64,000 nucleotides of DNA from Chiloscyllium plagiosum (Eukaryota), in contig NC_057719.1 of assembly GCF_004010195.1 (NCBI RefSeq), positions 28,505,153-28,569,152 on the forward strand, in the 5' to 3' direction. The notes under the pieces were generated by a model, which worked only from the letters and a program-made list of their open reading frames with translations, did not search any database and had not been told where the DNA came from. The stretch's first letter is position 1, and each line of letters opens with the position of its first letter. A program made the translations under genes and the position numbers. Positions 12,178 to 24,899 of this stretch are shown here, in pieces.

Positions 12178-14330
12178 TAGATATCCTAACCTAATAGAGT
12201 CCCATTTACCAGCACTTGGCCCATATCCCTCTAAACTCTTCCAATTCATACACCCATCCAGATATCTTTTAAATATTGTAATCGTGCCAGCCTCCAAACC
12301 TTCCCGTGGCAGTTCATTCCATACACGCACCACCCTTTGCATGAAAACGCTGCTCCTTAGTTCTCTTTTAAATTTTTCCCCTCTCATACTAAGGCCATGC
12401 CTTCCAGTTTTGGATTGCCCCAACCCAGGGAAAAGACCTTGTCTATTTAATCTATCCATGCCCCTCATGATTTTATAAATCTGTATAAAGTCACCCCTCA
12501 TTCTCCAATTATCCAGGGAAAACAGCCTCAGTCTATTCAGTTTCTTCTTATAGCTCAAACCCTCCAAAGCAGGCAACATCCTTGTAAATCGTTTCTGAAC
12601 TCTTTCAGGTTTCACAACATCCTTCCAATTGGAGGGAGACCAGAATTGCACACAATATTCCAATAGTGGCCTATCCAAAGTCCTGTACAGTTGCAACATG
12701 ACCTCCCAACTCTTATATTCAGTGCTCTGACCAATAAAGGAAAGCATACTAAATACCTTCTTCACTATTCTATCTACCTGCAATCCAAGGTCTCTCTGTT
12801 CAGCAACATTCCCCAGAACCTTACCATTAAGTAGATGAGTCCTGTCCTGACTTGCCTTTCAAAAATGCAGCACATCACATTTATCTAAATTAAACTCCAT
12901 CTGCCAGTCCACAGCCCATTGGCGATTCTGATCAAGATCCCATTTTACTCTGAGATAACCTTCTTTGCAGTCCACTACACCTCCAACTTTGGTGTTATCT
13001 GCAAACTTACTAACTATACCTCCTATGTTCACATTCAAATAATTTATATAAATGACGAAAAGCAGTGGATCCAGCACCAATCCTTGCGGCACATGACTGG
13101 TCACAGACCTCCAGTCTGAAGAGTAACCCTCCACCACCACCCTCTGTCTTCTACCTTCGAGCCAGTTCTGTATCCAAATAGCTAATTCTCCCTGTCATTC
13201 CATGTGATCTAACCTTGTTAGCCAGTCTACCATGAGGAGCTTTATCAAACGCCTTATTGAAGTCCATATTGATCACATCTATTGCTCTGCCCTCATGAAT
13301 CCTCTTTGTTACTTCTTCAAAACACTCAATCAAGTTAGTGAGATATGAGTTCCCATGCACAAACCCATGTTAACCATCCCTAATTAGTCCTTGCCTTTCC
13401 AAATACATATAAATCCTGTCCCTCAGGATTCCCTCCAACATTTGTCACCACCAATGTCAGGCTCACTAGTCTACAGTTCCCTGGCTTTTCCTTACCACCT
13501 TTCTTAAACAGTGGCACCACGTTAGCCAACCTCCAGTCATCCGGTACCTCACCTGTGACTACTGATGAGATTAGATTACTTACAGTGTGGAATTAGGCCC
13601 TTTGGCCCAACAAGTCCACACCGACCTTCAGAAGAGCAACCCATCCAGACCCATTCCCCTACATTTACCCCTTCACCTAACACTACGGACAATTTAGCAT
13701 GGCCAATTCACCTAACCTGCACATTTTTGGACTGTGGAAGGAAACCGGTGCACCCAGAGTAAACCCACGCAGACACTGGGAGAATGTGCAAACTCCACAC
13801 AGTCACCTGAGGCGGGAATTGAACCCGGGTCTCTGGTGCTGTGAGGCAGCAGTGCTAACCACTGTGCCACTGTGCCGCCCACTGATCCTCCTCGGTAAGA
13901 GACCCAGCAATAACTTCCTAGCTTCCCATAGAGTTTGAGTGTACACATGATCAGGTCCTGGGGATTTATCTACTTTTATGCGTTTTAAGACATCCAGCAC
14001 CTCCTCCTCTCTAATTTGGAAATTTTTCATGATGTCACCATCGATATCCCCACACTCTATGTCTTCACGTCCTTCTCCACAGTAAACATTGATGCAAAAT
14101 ACTCGTTTAATATCTCCCCCATCTCCTGTGGTTCCTCACATAGGCTGCCTTGTTGATCTTTGAGGGGCCCTGTTTTCTCCCTAGTTACCCTTTTGTCCTT
14201 ACTTTATTTGTAGAATCCCTTTGGATTCTCCTTAATCCTATTTGCCAAAGCTACCGCATGTCCCCTTTTTGCCCTCTTGATTTCCCTCTTATGTATACTC
14301 CTACTGCCTTTATACTTTTCGAAGGATTAA
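12178..14330 (-). mobile_element. CR1 LINE ORF2 RT/3' portion
   Basis: [24 protein letters not shown] and LEYCVQFWSP motifs. Confidence 0.92.
13567..13880 (-). mobile_element. Full-length HE1 SINE with TSD
   Basis: A/B boxes, V-domain and tail; TSD ACTGAT at 13561-13566 / 13881-13886. Confidence 0.92.
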
Positions 14331-14379
14331 AACTGTACTTCTAAACAACTTCTAAAACAACATTTTCCAAACTGACAAC

Positions 14380-14823
14380 CCTGCCTTTGTGCAACCAAAA
14401 CAGTTTCTGAAGCTAATACCCCAAAATGTTTTTCTCTCTCCACATTTTCAAAATAAGTTTCCTAATTAGTGTCCACACCATATCCTATTTGCCACATTCC
14501 AATGCATACAGAAACCAATTTAAATTCCCATCATTTCAAACCAATTTGAATAAATTCATGCTGGACTTCACATTATGTCAATATTGTGTTCTTAACTTGC
14601 ACAACCGTAAGAAAGATAATTTATTTATTAAATTGATCAAATGAGATTTCCATCCTCAAAACACTTGTGGAATCTTTAGCAACCTCATCAAACAATTTTT
14701 TAATATGGAAGATGGAACTGAAACAACTGACCAAAATAATTATGAATTTGGAAATCAGTTATTCACAAGAAGATTCAAAGTTCCAAAACAATGCAACAGC
14801 ATATAAAATAGTAATTGCTGCTC
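14380..14823 (-). pseudogene. Candidate decayed exon in an island between two CR1 copies
   Basis: Acceptor ttctttcaattccag|, weak donor |gttgtc; 444 bp, phase 1-1. Reads AAITILYAVALFWNFESS...CFSSIFHIKKLFDEVAKDSTSVLRME... with 5 stops. Confidence 0.35.
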
Positions 14824-14844
14824 CTGGAATTGAAAGAAATCACC

Positions 14845-17800
14845 TCTAACACCTAAAATACCTCAAAAAAGGAGTAGCTGTTACAGCCACAATTTTTTCC
14901 CGTTCTCCATCATTCTTTCTTGATTATATGTTTTATTGAGATATGTCTCCTGATTAAACTTAAAATATAAGCCATAAGTATTAATTTAACCTGGAGCAAT
15001 GTTTTGTTGAGGAATAAGACAGTGCTATTTTCTGGGTCTGTAGACTGAAAGAAGCAAAAATGGCTTTTAGTAGAGTGATATGCTCTTCTTGTCGGATATG
15101 GGACATTTGGGAGAGTTTACAAGTTACTGACGATGATATCTGCAATAAATGCCGCTGGTTGCAAATCCTATCAGATCGAATGGATTGGTTGGAGAGACAG
15201 TTAGAGACAATAAGGAATTTACAAGAGCAATGGTATGTGATGGATGGCAGTTATAGGAAGGGGGAAAAGTCACACATAGAGTCACATACTGGCAGGGAGA
15301 TTTGCTAAAGCTGTTTGGGAGTATTTAAACTAGTAAGGTGGCGGTGTGTGACCCAGGGAAGTAGTGAGGAAAGACACCGGTGCAGTTGAGAACAAAGGCA
15401 AGTCGAACAGTCAGGGCAAGCAGGGACAAAGCAGAGAACAAGGTAGGACTGATAAATTAAACTGCATTTATTTCAATGCAAGAGGCCTAACAGGGAATGC
15501 AAATGAACGCAGGGCATGGTTAGAAACATGGGACTGGGCTATCATAGCAATTACAGAAACATGGCTCAAGGATAGACAGAACTGGCAGCGTAATATTCCA
15601 CGATACAAATGTTACAGGAAGGACAGAAAGGGAGGCAAGAGAGGAGGGGGAGTGGTGTTTTTGATAAGGGATAGCATTGATGAGGGAGGATATTCCTGGA
15701 AAAACATCCAGGGAAGTTATTTGGGTGGAACTGAGAAATAAGAAAGGGATGATCACCTTATTAGGATTGTATTATAGATCCCCTAATAGTCAGAGGGAAA
15801 TTGAGAAACTAATTTGTAAGGCGATCTCCGTTTTCTGTAAGAATAATACGGTGGTTATGGTAGGGGATTTTAACTTTTCAAACATAGACTGGGACTGCCA
15901 TAGTGTTAAGGGTTTAGATGGAGAGAAACTTGTTAAGTGTGTACAAGACAATTTTCTGATTCAGTATGTGGATGTACCTACTCGAGAAGGTGCAAAACCT
16001 GACCTACTCTTGGGAAATAAGGCAGGGCAGTGTGACTGAGGTGTCAGTGGGGGAGCACTTTGAGGCCAGAGACCATAATTCTATTTGTTTTAAAAGAGTG
16101 ATGGAAAAGAATAGACCAGATCTAAAAGTTGAAGCTCTAAATTGAAGAAAGGCCAACTTTGACGGTATTAGGCAAGAACTTTCAAAAGTTGATTGGGACA
16201 GATTTTTGCAGGTAAATGGACGGCTGGAAAATGGGAAGCCTTCAGATATAAGATAGCAAGAATCCAGAGACAGTATATTCCTGTTAGGGTGAAAGGAAAG
16301 GCTGGTAGGTATAGGGAATGCTGGATGACTACAGACATTGAGGATTTGGTTTAAGAAAAAGAAGGAAGTATATGTAAGTTTTTTTTAGATTAGATTAGAT
16401 TACAGTGTGGAAACAGGCCCTTCGGCCCAACAAGTCCACACTGACCCGCCGAAGCGCAACCCACCCATACCCCTACATTTACCCCTTACCTAACACTACG
16501 GGCAATTTAGCATGGCCAATTCACCTGACCTGCACATCTTTGGACTGTGGGAGGAAACCAGAGCACCCGGAGGAAACCCACGCAGACACGGGGAGAATGT
16601 GCAACAGTCAGTCGCCTGAGGTGGGAATTGAACCCGGGTCTCAGGCGCTGTGAGGCAGCAGTGCTAACCACTGTGCCACCGTGCCGCCCACTCCCTATAG
16701 ATCGAGTGAATCCTTAGAAGAGTATAAAGGCAGTAGGAGTATACTTAAGAGGGAAATCAGGAGGGCAAAAAGGGGACATGAGATAGCTTTGGCAAACAGA
16801 ATTAAGGAGAATCCAAAGGGCTTTTACAAATACATTAAGGACAAAAGCGTAACTAGGGAGAGAATAGGGCCCCTCAAAGGTCAGCAAGGCTGCCTTTGTG
16901 TGAGGCGGCAGGAGACAGGGGAGATATTAAACAAGTACTTTTCATCAGTATTTACTGTGGAAAAGGGAGATACAGAATGTAGGCAAATAGATGGTAACAT
17001 CTTGAAAAATGTCCAAATTACACAGGAGGAAGTGCTGGATGTCTTGAAATGCATAAGAGTAGATAAATACCCAGGACCTAATCAGGTGTACTCTCGAACT
17101 CAGTGGGAAGCTAGGGAAGTGATTGCTGTGCCCCTTGCTGAGATATTTGTATCATCAATAGTCACAGGTGAGGTGCTGGAAGACTGGAGGTTGGCTAACG
17201 TGGTGCCACTGTTTAAGAAGGGTGGTAAGGACAAGCCAGGGAACTATAGACCAGTGAGTCTGACATCGGTGGTGGGCAATTTGTTGGAGAGAATCCTGAG
17301 GGACAGGATGTACATGTATTTGGAAAGGCAAGGACTGATTAGGGATAGTCAACATGGCTTTGTGGTTGGGAAATCATGTCTCACAACCTTGAGTTTTTTG
17401 AAGATGTAACAAAGAGGATTGATGAGGGCAGAACAATAGATGTGATCTATGTGGACTTCATTAAGGCGTTAGACAAGGTTCCACGTGGGAGACTGGTTAG
17501 CAAGGTTAGATCTCATGGAATACAGGGAGAACTAGACATTAGGATACAGAACTGGCTCAAAGGTAGAAGACAGAGGGTGATGGTGGAGGGTTGTTTTTCA
17601 GACTGGAGGCCTGTGACCAGTGGAGTGCCACAAGGATTGGTGCTGGGTCCACTACTTTCTTTCATTTATATAAACGATTTGGAGGTGAGCTTAAGAGGTT
17701 TAGTTAAGTTTGCTGATGACACCAATATTGGAGGTATAGTGGACAGCAAAGAAGGTTACCTCAGATTACAACAGGATCTTGATCAGATGGGCCAATGGGC

Positions 17801-18600
17801 TGAGAAGTGGCAGATGGAGTTTAATTCAGATAAATGTGAGGTGCTGCATTTTGGGAAAGCAAATCTTAGCAGGACTTATACACTTAACGGTCAGGTCCGA
17901 GGGAGTGTTGCTGAACAAAAAGACCTTGGAGTTCAGGTTCATAGCTCCTTGAAAGTGGAGTCACAGGTAGATAGGATAGTGACGAAAGTGATTGGTATGC
18001 TTTCCTTTATTGGTCAGAGTATTGAGTACAGAAGTTGGGAGGTCATGTTGCAGATTGGTTAGGCCACTGTTGGAATATTGCTCACAATTCTGGTCTCCTT
18101 CCTATCAGAAAGATATGTGAAATTTGACAGGGTTCAGAAAAGATTTACAAGGTAGTTGCCAGAGTTGGAGAATTTGAGCTATAGGGAATACACTGGGGCT
18201 GTTTTCCCTGGAGTGTTGGAGACTGAGGGGTGACCTTATAGAGGTTTACAAAATCATGAGAGGCATGGATAGGATAAATAGACAAAGTCTTTTCCCTGGG
18301 GTGGGCGGGTCCAGAACTAAAGGACATAGATTTATGGTGAGAGGTGTAAGATATAAGAGACCTAAGGGGCATCCTTTTCACGCAGAGGGTGGTGTGCGGA
18401 ATGCGCACCAGAGGAAGTGGTGGAGGTTGGTACGATTGCAACATTTAAAAGGCATTTGGATGGGTATATGAATAGGAAGGGTTGGAGGGATATGGGCCGG
18501 GTTCTGCCAGGTGAGATTAGATTGGGTTGGGATATCTGGTCAACATGGACGGGTTGGACTGAATGTTCGGTTTCCGTGCTCTGCATCTCTATGAGTCTAT
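14845..18600 (+). mobile_element. Near full-length CR1 LINE with an internal ORF1 deletion
   Basis: ORF1 MAFSRVICSSCRIW..CNKCRWLQ at 15060; ORF2 endonuclease and RT at 15460-18480 (GVPQGLVLGP, KFADDT); tail tctatgagtctat. Confidence 0.93.
16380..16691 (-). mobile_element. Full-length HE1 SINE
   Basis: Same head, V-domain and tail as 8755-9085. Confidence 0.92.
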
Positions 18601-18689
18601 ATCATAATGTATGCATACCAAGTATGATTACATCCAAACACACATACAGATCTCTCTCTTGGGCAGATGATGAACACCTTTGATGACTT

Positions 18690-18800
18690 TCTTCCCTTCA
18701 CAAAGCTTTGGGCCATGAAGTGACTAAACAGTCCAATGCTGGATCTGCACAATCTGCCACAGGTTGGGAAATGGTGTTTGAACAGGGTGGGTGTTTTGTC
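18690..18800 (-). mobile_element. Short RTE-clade LINE 3' remnant
   Basis: Reads FPTCGRLCRSSIGLFSHF, like the C-terminal C.xCGRxCxSRIGLxSH motif of RTE ORFs. Confidence 0.55.
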
Positions 18801-20379
18801 TCATACACAAGCACACAGAGGCAAACAAAATACAAATAATTCAAACTAAATGGGGCTTGAAATCATTGAAACTAAAAGTAAGCAAATATGCTTGGCTTTT
18901 GGAAAGTTTGATATTAATTGGACATCCTCAATTGGAAGCAATTCAGTCTCAGTCTGTCCTAATGTCCGCCTTCACTGTCCATAAGGATGAACTTTAATTT
19001 GCCCATGTGCTGCCTAAACTGGGATTATAAACTGTTGACAATAAAAACAGCAGACTCACTCTCTGCTACATCAGAAATCAATTCCCTCTTCAAATATTTT
19101 GACTTATAAGATGTAAAGGATAGCAAAGAGCTGAGTTCCAAACTCAACTAATATTTTCTGAAGAGAAGAATGTCTAATTGCAAATTTCGGTCGAGTTAAA
19201 CCAGTGTTGAAAGTGGGGGCGGAGTTGAGCATATGTGGCCTTTCTGTTATGTGCCACATTATGTTAAAAGGATCAATCTGAGATTCTCTAGAGGTGCCAA
19301 CATGTCAGAATTGTTATTTGCCAGCAGAGACAGCGCATGAAAAGTAGTTCAGTATATTTTCTAACTGAATTCCACAGATCATTTTCCACTTCCAAAATGC
19401 AATGATACATTATTCTATGCTGCTTTTTATAATACTGTGGCAAGGCTAATTTCTGTAACAAGCTGACCTCTTGGTTTCACCACAAGCTCCTTGGGATATT
19501 TTGCAATGTTAAAGGTGCTATACAAAGTACAAACTGTTGCTGTCACAAAGCAACAGCTGTGTTGCATTTTTGGATTTATTCGAACCCATAACTTCATGTG
19601 TTTAACAATTCCAAAAGCAATTTTGACATCAAATGTGAATGTCTTCCAACGTGTTATTCTAGTTAAAATGTTCCATGAAACAGCTTACAGTTTTAATCAT
19701 ATTTATACAAAATCTCATTTAATAATGCAACCTCTATCACAGCAATTTTCATTTTTTTCATAGGTGGGTGGTGGGTGATCCTCTGCAAATATTCACAGAC
19801 GGTGCTGGGGCCTCCTGCAAATATTGGCATACTCCTGGGAACTCCTGCAAACACTGGCGTACTTCTATGGAGCTCTGTCCAAACTTCGAAAGATGTTGTC
19901 AGCTAGCCAAAGAAAATTAGTGCCATCAGCTGCTCTCAAACCAGCAGAAATAATGTTTTAGTCAATTAGAAGTACAGAAAAATTAAAACATTTTACAAAA
20001 GGAAAAGAATCTGATAACTTTGCAATTCTCCAGAATTTACTTATAAACTTCCTAAGATCTACAAAAACCTTGTTTCACTTTTGACACTATAGTCAAACAC
20101 ACCTCCTTTCACCTGATGTGGTATTATTATATTGTTTTTTATAATGTTAAAAAATTGGGATATTGTGATGTTGAACAAACTAACAGACATTTATTACAAC
20201 TAAACATTATATATGAACGTCACATTCCATGCCTGGGCTAACACTAAGCTAATAGTTTAATAAAACAGCATGCTTCCATTGCAGTGTCAGGCTTCAAATA
20301 ACCCAAGGTAAGATGGAGTAAGAGATCTTTATGCACTCAGGTTACATGCTATTATGTACTGATAATATCGTGAGAATGT

Positions 20380-20528
20380 CTCTTAAAGATGAATTAAAGT
20401 ACTGGCCGTGAGACCAAACTCAACAAGTAGTATTTGTTCATTACGTAAATCTTTATAAAGCTGCAGTCAGAGTTCAAGGATATAAGTTGATCCAACAAAC
20501 TTGGTATTAATTTAATCTTATAAAGTGT
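20380..20528 (-). pseudogene. Candidate decayed exon
   Basis: Acceptor cttttctatag|. Frame reads INTKFVGSTYILEL*LQLYKDLRNEQILLVEFGL; donor not located. Confidence 0.3.
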
Positions 20529-20737
20529 CTATAGAAAAGTTTATCTTATCATAATTGTAAATGGATCTGAACTGGATAATAAACCTGACAACTAAATAAG
20601 CAAATTAGAGAGGCTATTCCACAGGCTCTCTGTGTATGTTCAGAACACAACATATGTTCTCCATTTGACACTCGTGTTTTGATGTTAGGTTAGAACAGGG
20701 ATTTTTTAAATGGAGTTCATAACTCTGATAATGAACA

Positions 20738-20865
20738 TCAGATGAAGGGCCTTCGCCCGAAATGTCGATTTCACTGCTCCTTGGATGCTGCCTGAACTGC
20801 TGTGCTCTTCCAGCACCACTAATCCAGAATCTGGTTTCCAGCATCTGCAGTCATTGTTTTTACCT
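20738..20865 (+). mobile_element. Penelope terminal-repeat fragment (second subfamily)
   Basis: gatgaagggccttcgcccgaaatgtcg...ggatgctgcctgaactgctgtgc...ccagcatctgcagtc. Confidence 0.75.
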
Positions 20866-20895
20866 ACCTAATAAACATCCACAGTACAATTTCAC

Positions 20896-21524
20896 CTCGA
20901 GCCAGCTTTCTACATGCATCCGTATCACTATAACCAACTCTATGTTTAACATCAGCTGGATTTCAATACTGGAAGTGAAGGAACAAAATACTTTGCATGT
21001 ATCATTCAAGAGGTAGCCAGTGAATGATAAAGCGATGAATTATTAATGGGTTTGCATTCACATATCATTGAGATGATCTAAAACCAGACTGGGAGTGTAG
21101 TAAACACATAAGCAATTTTGTTAGAGCATTGCTCATGGTCAGTAATTGACTTTATTGAGAGTAAGGTTGTATAAACTGGTATGATCATGGATTTAGTTGC
21201 AATGGGGCAGCCATGCGTATAATATTAGTGTAATGGGGGGGTCTCTTAGAAAGAAGTACTTTTTGGGAGAGTCAAAGAGCGTGAGAGATCTGAGAGGGAC
21301 TGGGTCTGTGGAATGGGAATAGCTTTGAGTTGGCATTCTGGAAACACTGAGACAGGTCCTGAAATTTGTGTTCACTGGAAGAGGCAAAGGGGTGGAAAGT
21401 GGAAGCTGCTATATTATCATTTTAAGCAGTCTTACATAAAAATGTAGGGAGTAAATCTGAAACATGAGCAGTATGTCAAGAAAAGATAACAAACAGATAC
21501 TTTGGATTCTCTGGAGGAAGATGG
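20896..21524 (-). pseudogene. Candidate decayed exon
   Basis: Acceptor ttttttttcag| at 21525-21526. A 71-codon open block at 21196-21408 reads QLPLSTPLPLPVNTNF...LFDSPKKYFFLRDPPITLILYAW. Lower boundary uncertain. Confidence 0.4.
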
Positions 21525-22029
21525 CTGAAAAAAAACCATTTTGCATAATAGCTTTAATGTTGTAAAATGTCCCAATGCAGTTACAGGATCATTAGCAAAC
21601 AAAATTTGACACATAACTACATCAGGAAATATGTTGAAGAGGTAGGTTTTCAGAAGCCTTTTTATGAAAGGCTCAATACTCATTTAATATTATAATTTTG
21701 CTCAATATTCTTATATTTGAAATTTGTCTCAACATTTAAATAAATTTTATCTTGAACTAATTTTCCTTAAAATCGAGTTTATACGTTTCAACATTGCCAT
21801 GGTAATTGGGAATCCTGATGAGGTGAATTGTATTTCAGATCAGTAAATTAATGATGAGTAATAGATACATTCATTTGATATGTAATCCCAATACTCATTC
21901 CCTTGCCTAATGTAATTGTTTCATGTATTTGTTTGCAAAATGTGAAAAGTTTATTTTTCATTGTTGAGGGTTTTACTTTTTTGATTACTGGATAGTGAAA
22001 TGAGACACTGCACATGTAAAATACACTTA

Positions 22030-23147
22030 GAGTCATAGAGATATACAGCAGGAAAACAGACCCTTTCATCCAACTTGTCCATGCTGACCAGATATCCTAA
22101 ATAAATCTAGTCCCATTTGACAGCATTTGGCCCATATCTCTCTAACTTCTTCCTATTCGTATATCCATCCAGATGTCTTTTAAATGTTGCTTCCTCTGTA
22201 AGTTCATTCCATATACACACTACCCTTGGGTCTCTTTTGAATCTTGCCCCTCTCACCAACTATGCAGTCTAGTTTTGGATTCCCCCAACCTGGGGAAAGG
22301 TCCACGGCTATTTACCCTATCCATGCCCCTCATGATTTTATAAACTTCTATAAGATCACCCCTCAGCCTCCAACGGTCCAGGGAAAAGAGCCTCAGCCTA
22401 TTCAACATCTCGCTCTAGCTCAAATCCTCCTACTTGGCAACTTCCTTGTAAATCTTTTCTGAACCCTTTCAAGTTTCACAACATCCTTCCCATAACAGGG
22501 GAGACCAGATGCATGCAGTATTCCAATAGTGGCCTAACCTATACAGTTGCAACATAATCTCCCAACTCCTATACTCAATGCACTGACCAATAAAGGCCTT
22601 CTTCATTATTCTATCTACCTGCAGCTCCATTTTCAAGAAACTATGGACCTGCACTCCAAGGTCTCTTTGTTCAGCAACTCTCCCCAGGATCTTATAATTG
22701 AGTGTACAATGCTTATGCCTGAAACATCGATGCTCCTGCTCCTTGGTGCTTTGCCAGCACCACACTCTTTGATCTCCAGTATCTGCAGTCCTCACTTTCT
22801 CTTAGTGTACAAGTCCTGCCCTGATTAGCCTTTCGAAAATGCAGCACATCACATTTATCTAAATTAAACTCCATCTGGCACTCTTCAGTACATTAGCCCA
22901 TCTGATCAAGGTCCCATTGTACTCTGAGGTAACCTCCTTTGCAGTCCAATACACCTCCAACTTTACTAACCATACCTCCTATGTTCACATCCAAATCATT
23001 TATATAAATAACTAAAAGCAGTGGACCCAGCACCCATCCTTGTGGCACATCACTGGTCACATTGCTCCAACCTGAAAAGCAAGCCTCCATCACTACGCTC
23101 TGTCTTCTACCTTCAAGCCAGTTTTGTATCCACATAGCTAGTTCTCC
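22030..23147 (-). mobile_element. CR1 3' portion with a small Penelope insert (22710-22803)
   Basis: [20 protein letters not shown] motif; the insert is flanked by AGTGTACAA direct repeats. Confidence 0.88.
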
Positions 23148-23404
23148 CACTGTCCAAAGATGTGCAGGTTTGGTGGATTGACTACACTGAATTGCCCACA
23201 ATATCCAGGGATGCGTCAGTTAGGTTGAGTTTGGGTGGGATTCTCTTTGGAGATTTGGTGTGGACTTGTTGGGTCGAATGAAGACCCTCCCCGAAAGATC
23301 GATTCTCCTGCTCCTCGGATGCTGTCTGACCTGCTGTGCTTTTCCAGCACCCCACTCTCGACTCTGATCTCCAGCATCTGCAGTCCTCACTATCTCCTTG
23401 TTGG

Positions 23405-24192
23405 AAATGTGTTGCTGGAAAAGCGCAGCAGGTCAGGCAACATCCAAGGAGCAGGAAAATCGACGTTTCAGGCATGAGCCCTTCTTCAGGAATGAGGAAA
23501 GCGTGTCCAACAGGCTAAGATAAAAGGTAGGGAGGAGGAACGTTGGAAATGCGATAGGTGGAAGGAGGTCAAGGTGAGGGTGATAGGCCGGAGTGGGGAT
23601 AGGGGTGGAGAGGTCAGGAAGAAGATTGCAGGTTAGGAAGACGGTGCTGAGTTCGAGGGATTTGACTGAGACAAGGTGGGGGGAGGGGTTATGAGGAAAC
23701 TGGAGAAATCTGAGTTCATCCCTTGTGGTTGGAGGGTTCATAGGCGGAAGATGAGACACTCTTCCTCCAACCGTCGTGTTGCTATGGTCTGGCGATGGAG
23801 GAGTCCAAGGACCTGCATGTCCTTGGNNNNNNNNNNNNNNNNNNNNNNNNNNNNNNNNNNNNNNNNNNNNNNNNNNNNNNNNNNNNNNNNNNNNNNNNNN
23901 NNNNNNNNNNNNNNNNNNNNNNNNNNNNNNNNNNNNNNNNNNNNNNNNNNNNNNNNNNNNNNNNNNNNNNNNNNNNNNNNNNNNNNNNNNNNNNNNNNNN
24001 NNNNNNNNNNNNNNNNNNNCCTCCTCCCTACCTTTTATCTTAGCCTGCTGGACACACTTTCCTCATTCCTGAAGAAGGGCTCATGCCCGAAACGTCGATT
24101 CTCCTGTTCCTTGGATGCTGCCTGACCTGCTGCGCTTTTCCAGCAACACATTTTCAGCTCTGATCTTCAGCATCTGCAATCCTCACTTTCTC
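23405..24192. mobile_element. Penelope-like element: GIY-YIG C-terminus (-) with inverted terminal repeats, spanning a gap
   Basis: KDMQVLGLLH..RRLEEECLIFRL on the minus strand; hammerhead cores at 23462-23489 (-) and 24069-24096 (+); TSD CTATCTCCTTGTTGG at 23390-23404 / 24193-24207. Confidence 0.85.
23827..24019. other. Assembly gap
   Basis: Run of N between inverted Penelope repeats. Confidence 1.
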
Positions 24193-24429
24193 CTATCTCC
24201 TTGTTGGGTCAAATAGCCTGTTTCCAAACTGTAGGGTTTCTTAAAAAAAATCTTTAGCTGTGCAGATATTCCAAATATCTGCCTCTTTGCTTTTCTTAAT
24301 GTATTGATCACATCTTCGATTTACTGTCAATATTTTTATTTAAGAGTGCAAAATAAATGCTGTATATACCAAATACATTTTAAAATAAATAACAATGCTG
24401 CTTAGTTAAAAAAAAACTTTTAACTTTAC

Positions 24430-24899
24430 TTGAAATCTGTGTAGACATGAAATGGAAAATCCGAACCCTTTTTATTGTGCATTCTATATCATTATGTAAA
24501 ATTGATATCACAATCATTTTTTGACAGGTGCAATAAAATTGCCCTTCTCAATATTTGTCTGCATAATAACACCATCATCCTACAACATAAACTCATTTGA
24601 ACTGTCATGGAGTTGACAGAAATCTTCTTAATCCCAGAACATTGCAATTTGCTGCTACATTCTTGACCTTGGAACACAAAAAACTCTTCATCCATTTGTA
24701 AACAGACACCAGTTCATTCAGGATGTGCAAGTTGATTTTGCTATAAACACAAGCGTTACGACTTCTTCAGCTATATCCATGGTATTCAAAGACATAATTA
24801 CAGGCTTTGAGGAACAGAATTGGTCATTTTTCTACCAACTATCACATTATCATTTCCAAGGACAGAATTTGCCTTGAGTTTCAGTGATATTGAAACAGG
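24430..24899 (-). pseudogene. Candidate decayed exon
   Basis: Acceptor ttttgctatatttgtttacag|, weak donor caa|gtaaag. Frameshifted peptide blocks PVSISLKLKANSVLG / NDQFCSSKPVIMSLNTMDIAEEVVTLVFIAKST / LQMDEEFFVFQGQEC. Confidence 0.4.

Noticed and set aside
11737..12783. 348-aa ORF as a novel fusion protein
   Set aside because: It is the CR1 C-terminus reading through into antisense Tx1 3' UTR repeats; no sign of an independent gene.
24471..24476. AATAAA as the end of the candidate pseudogene
   Set aside because: Further similar exon-like segments continue downstream, and AATAAA is common in AT-rich DNA.
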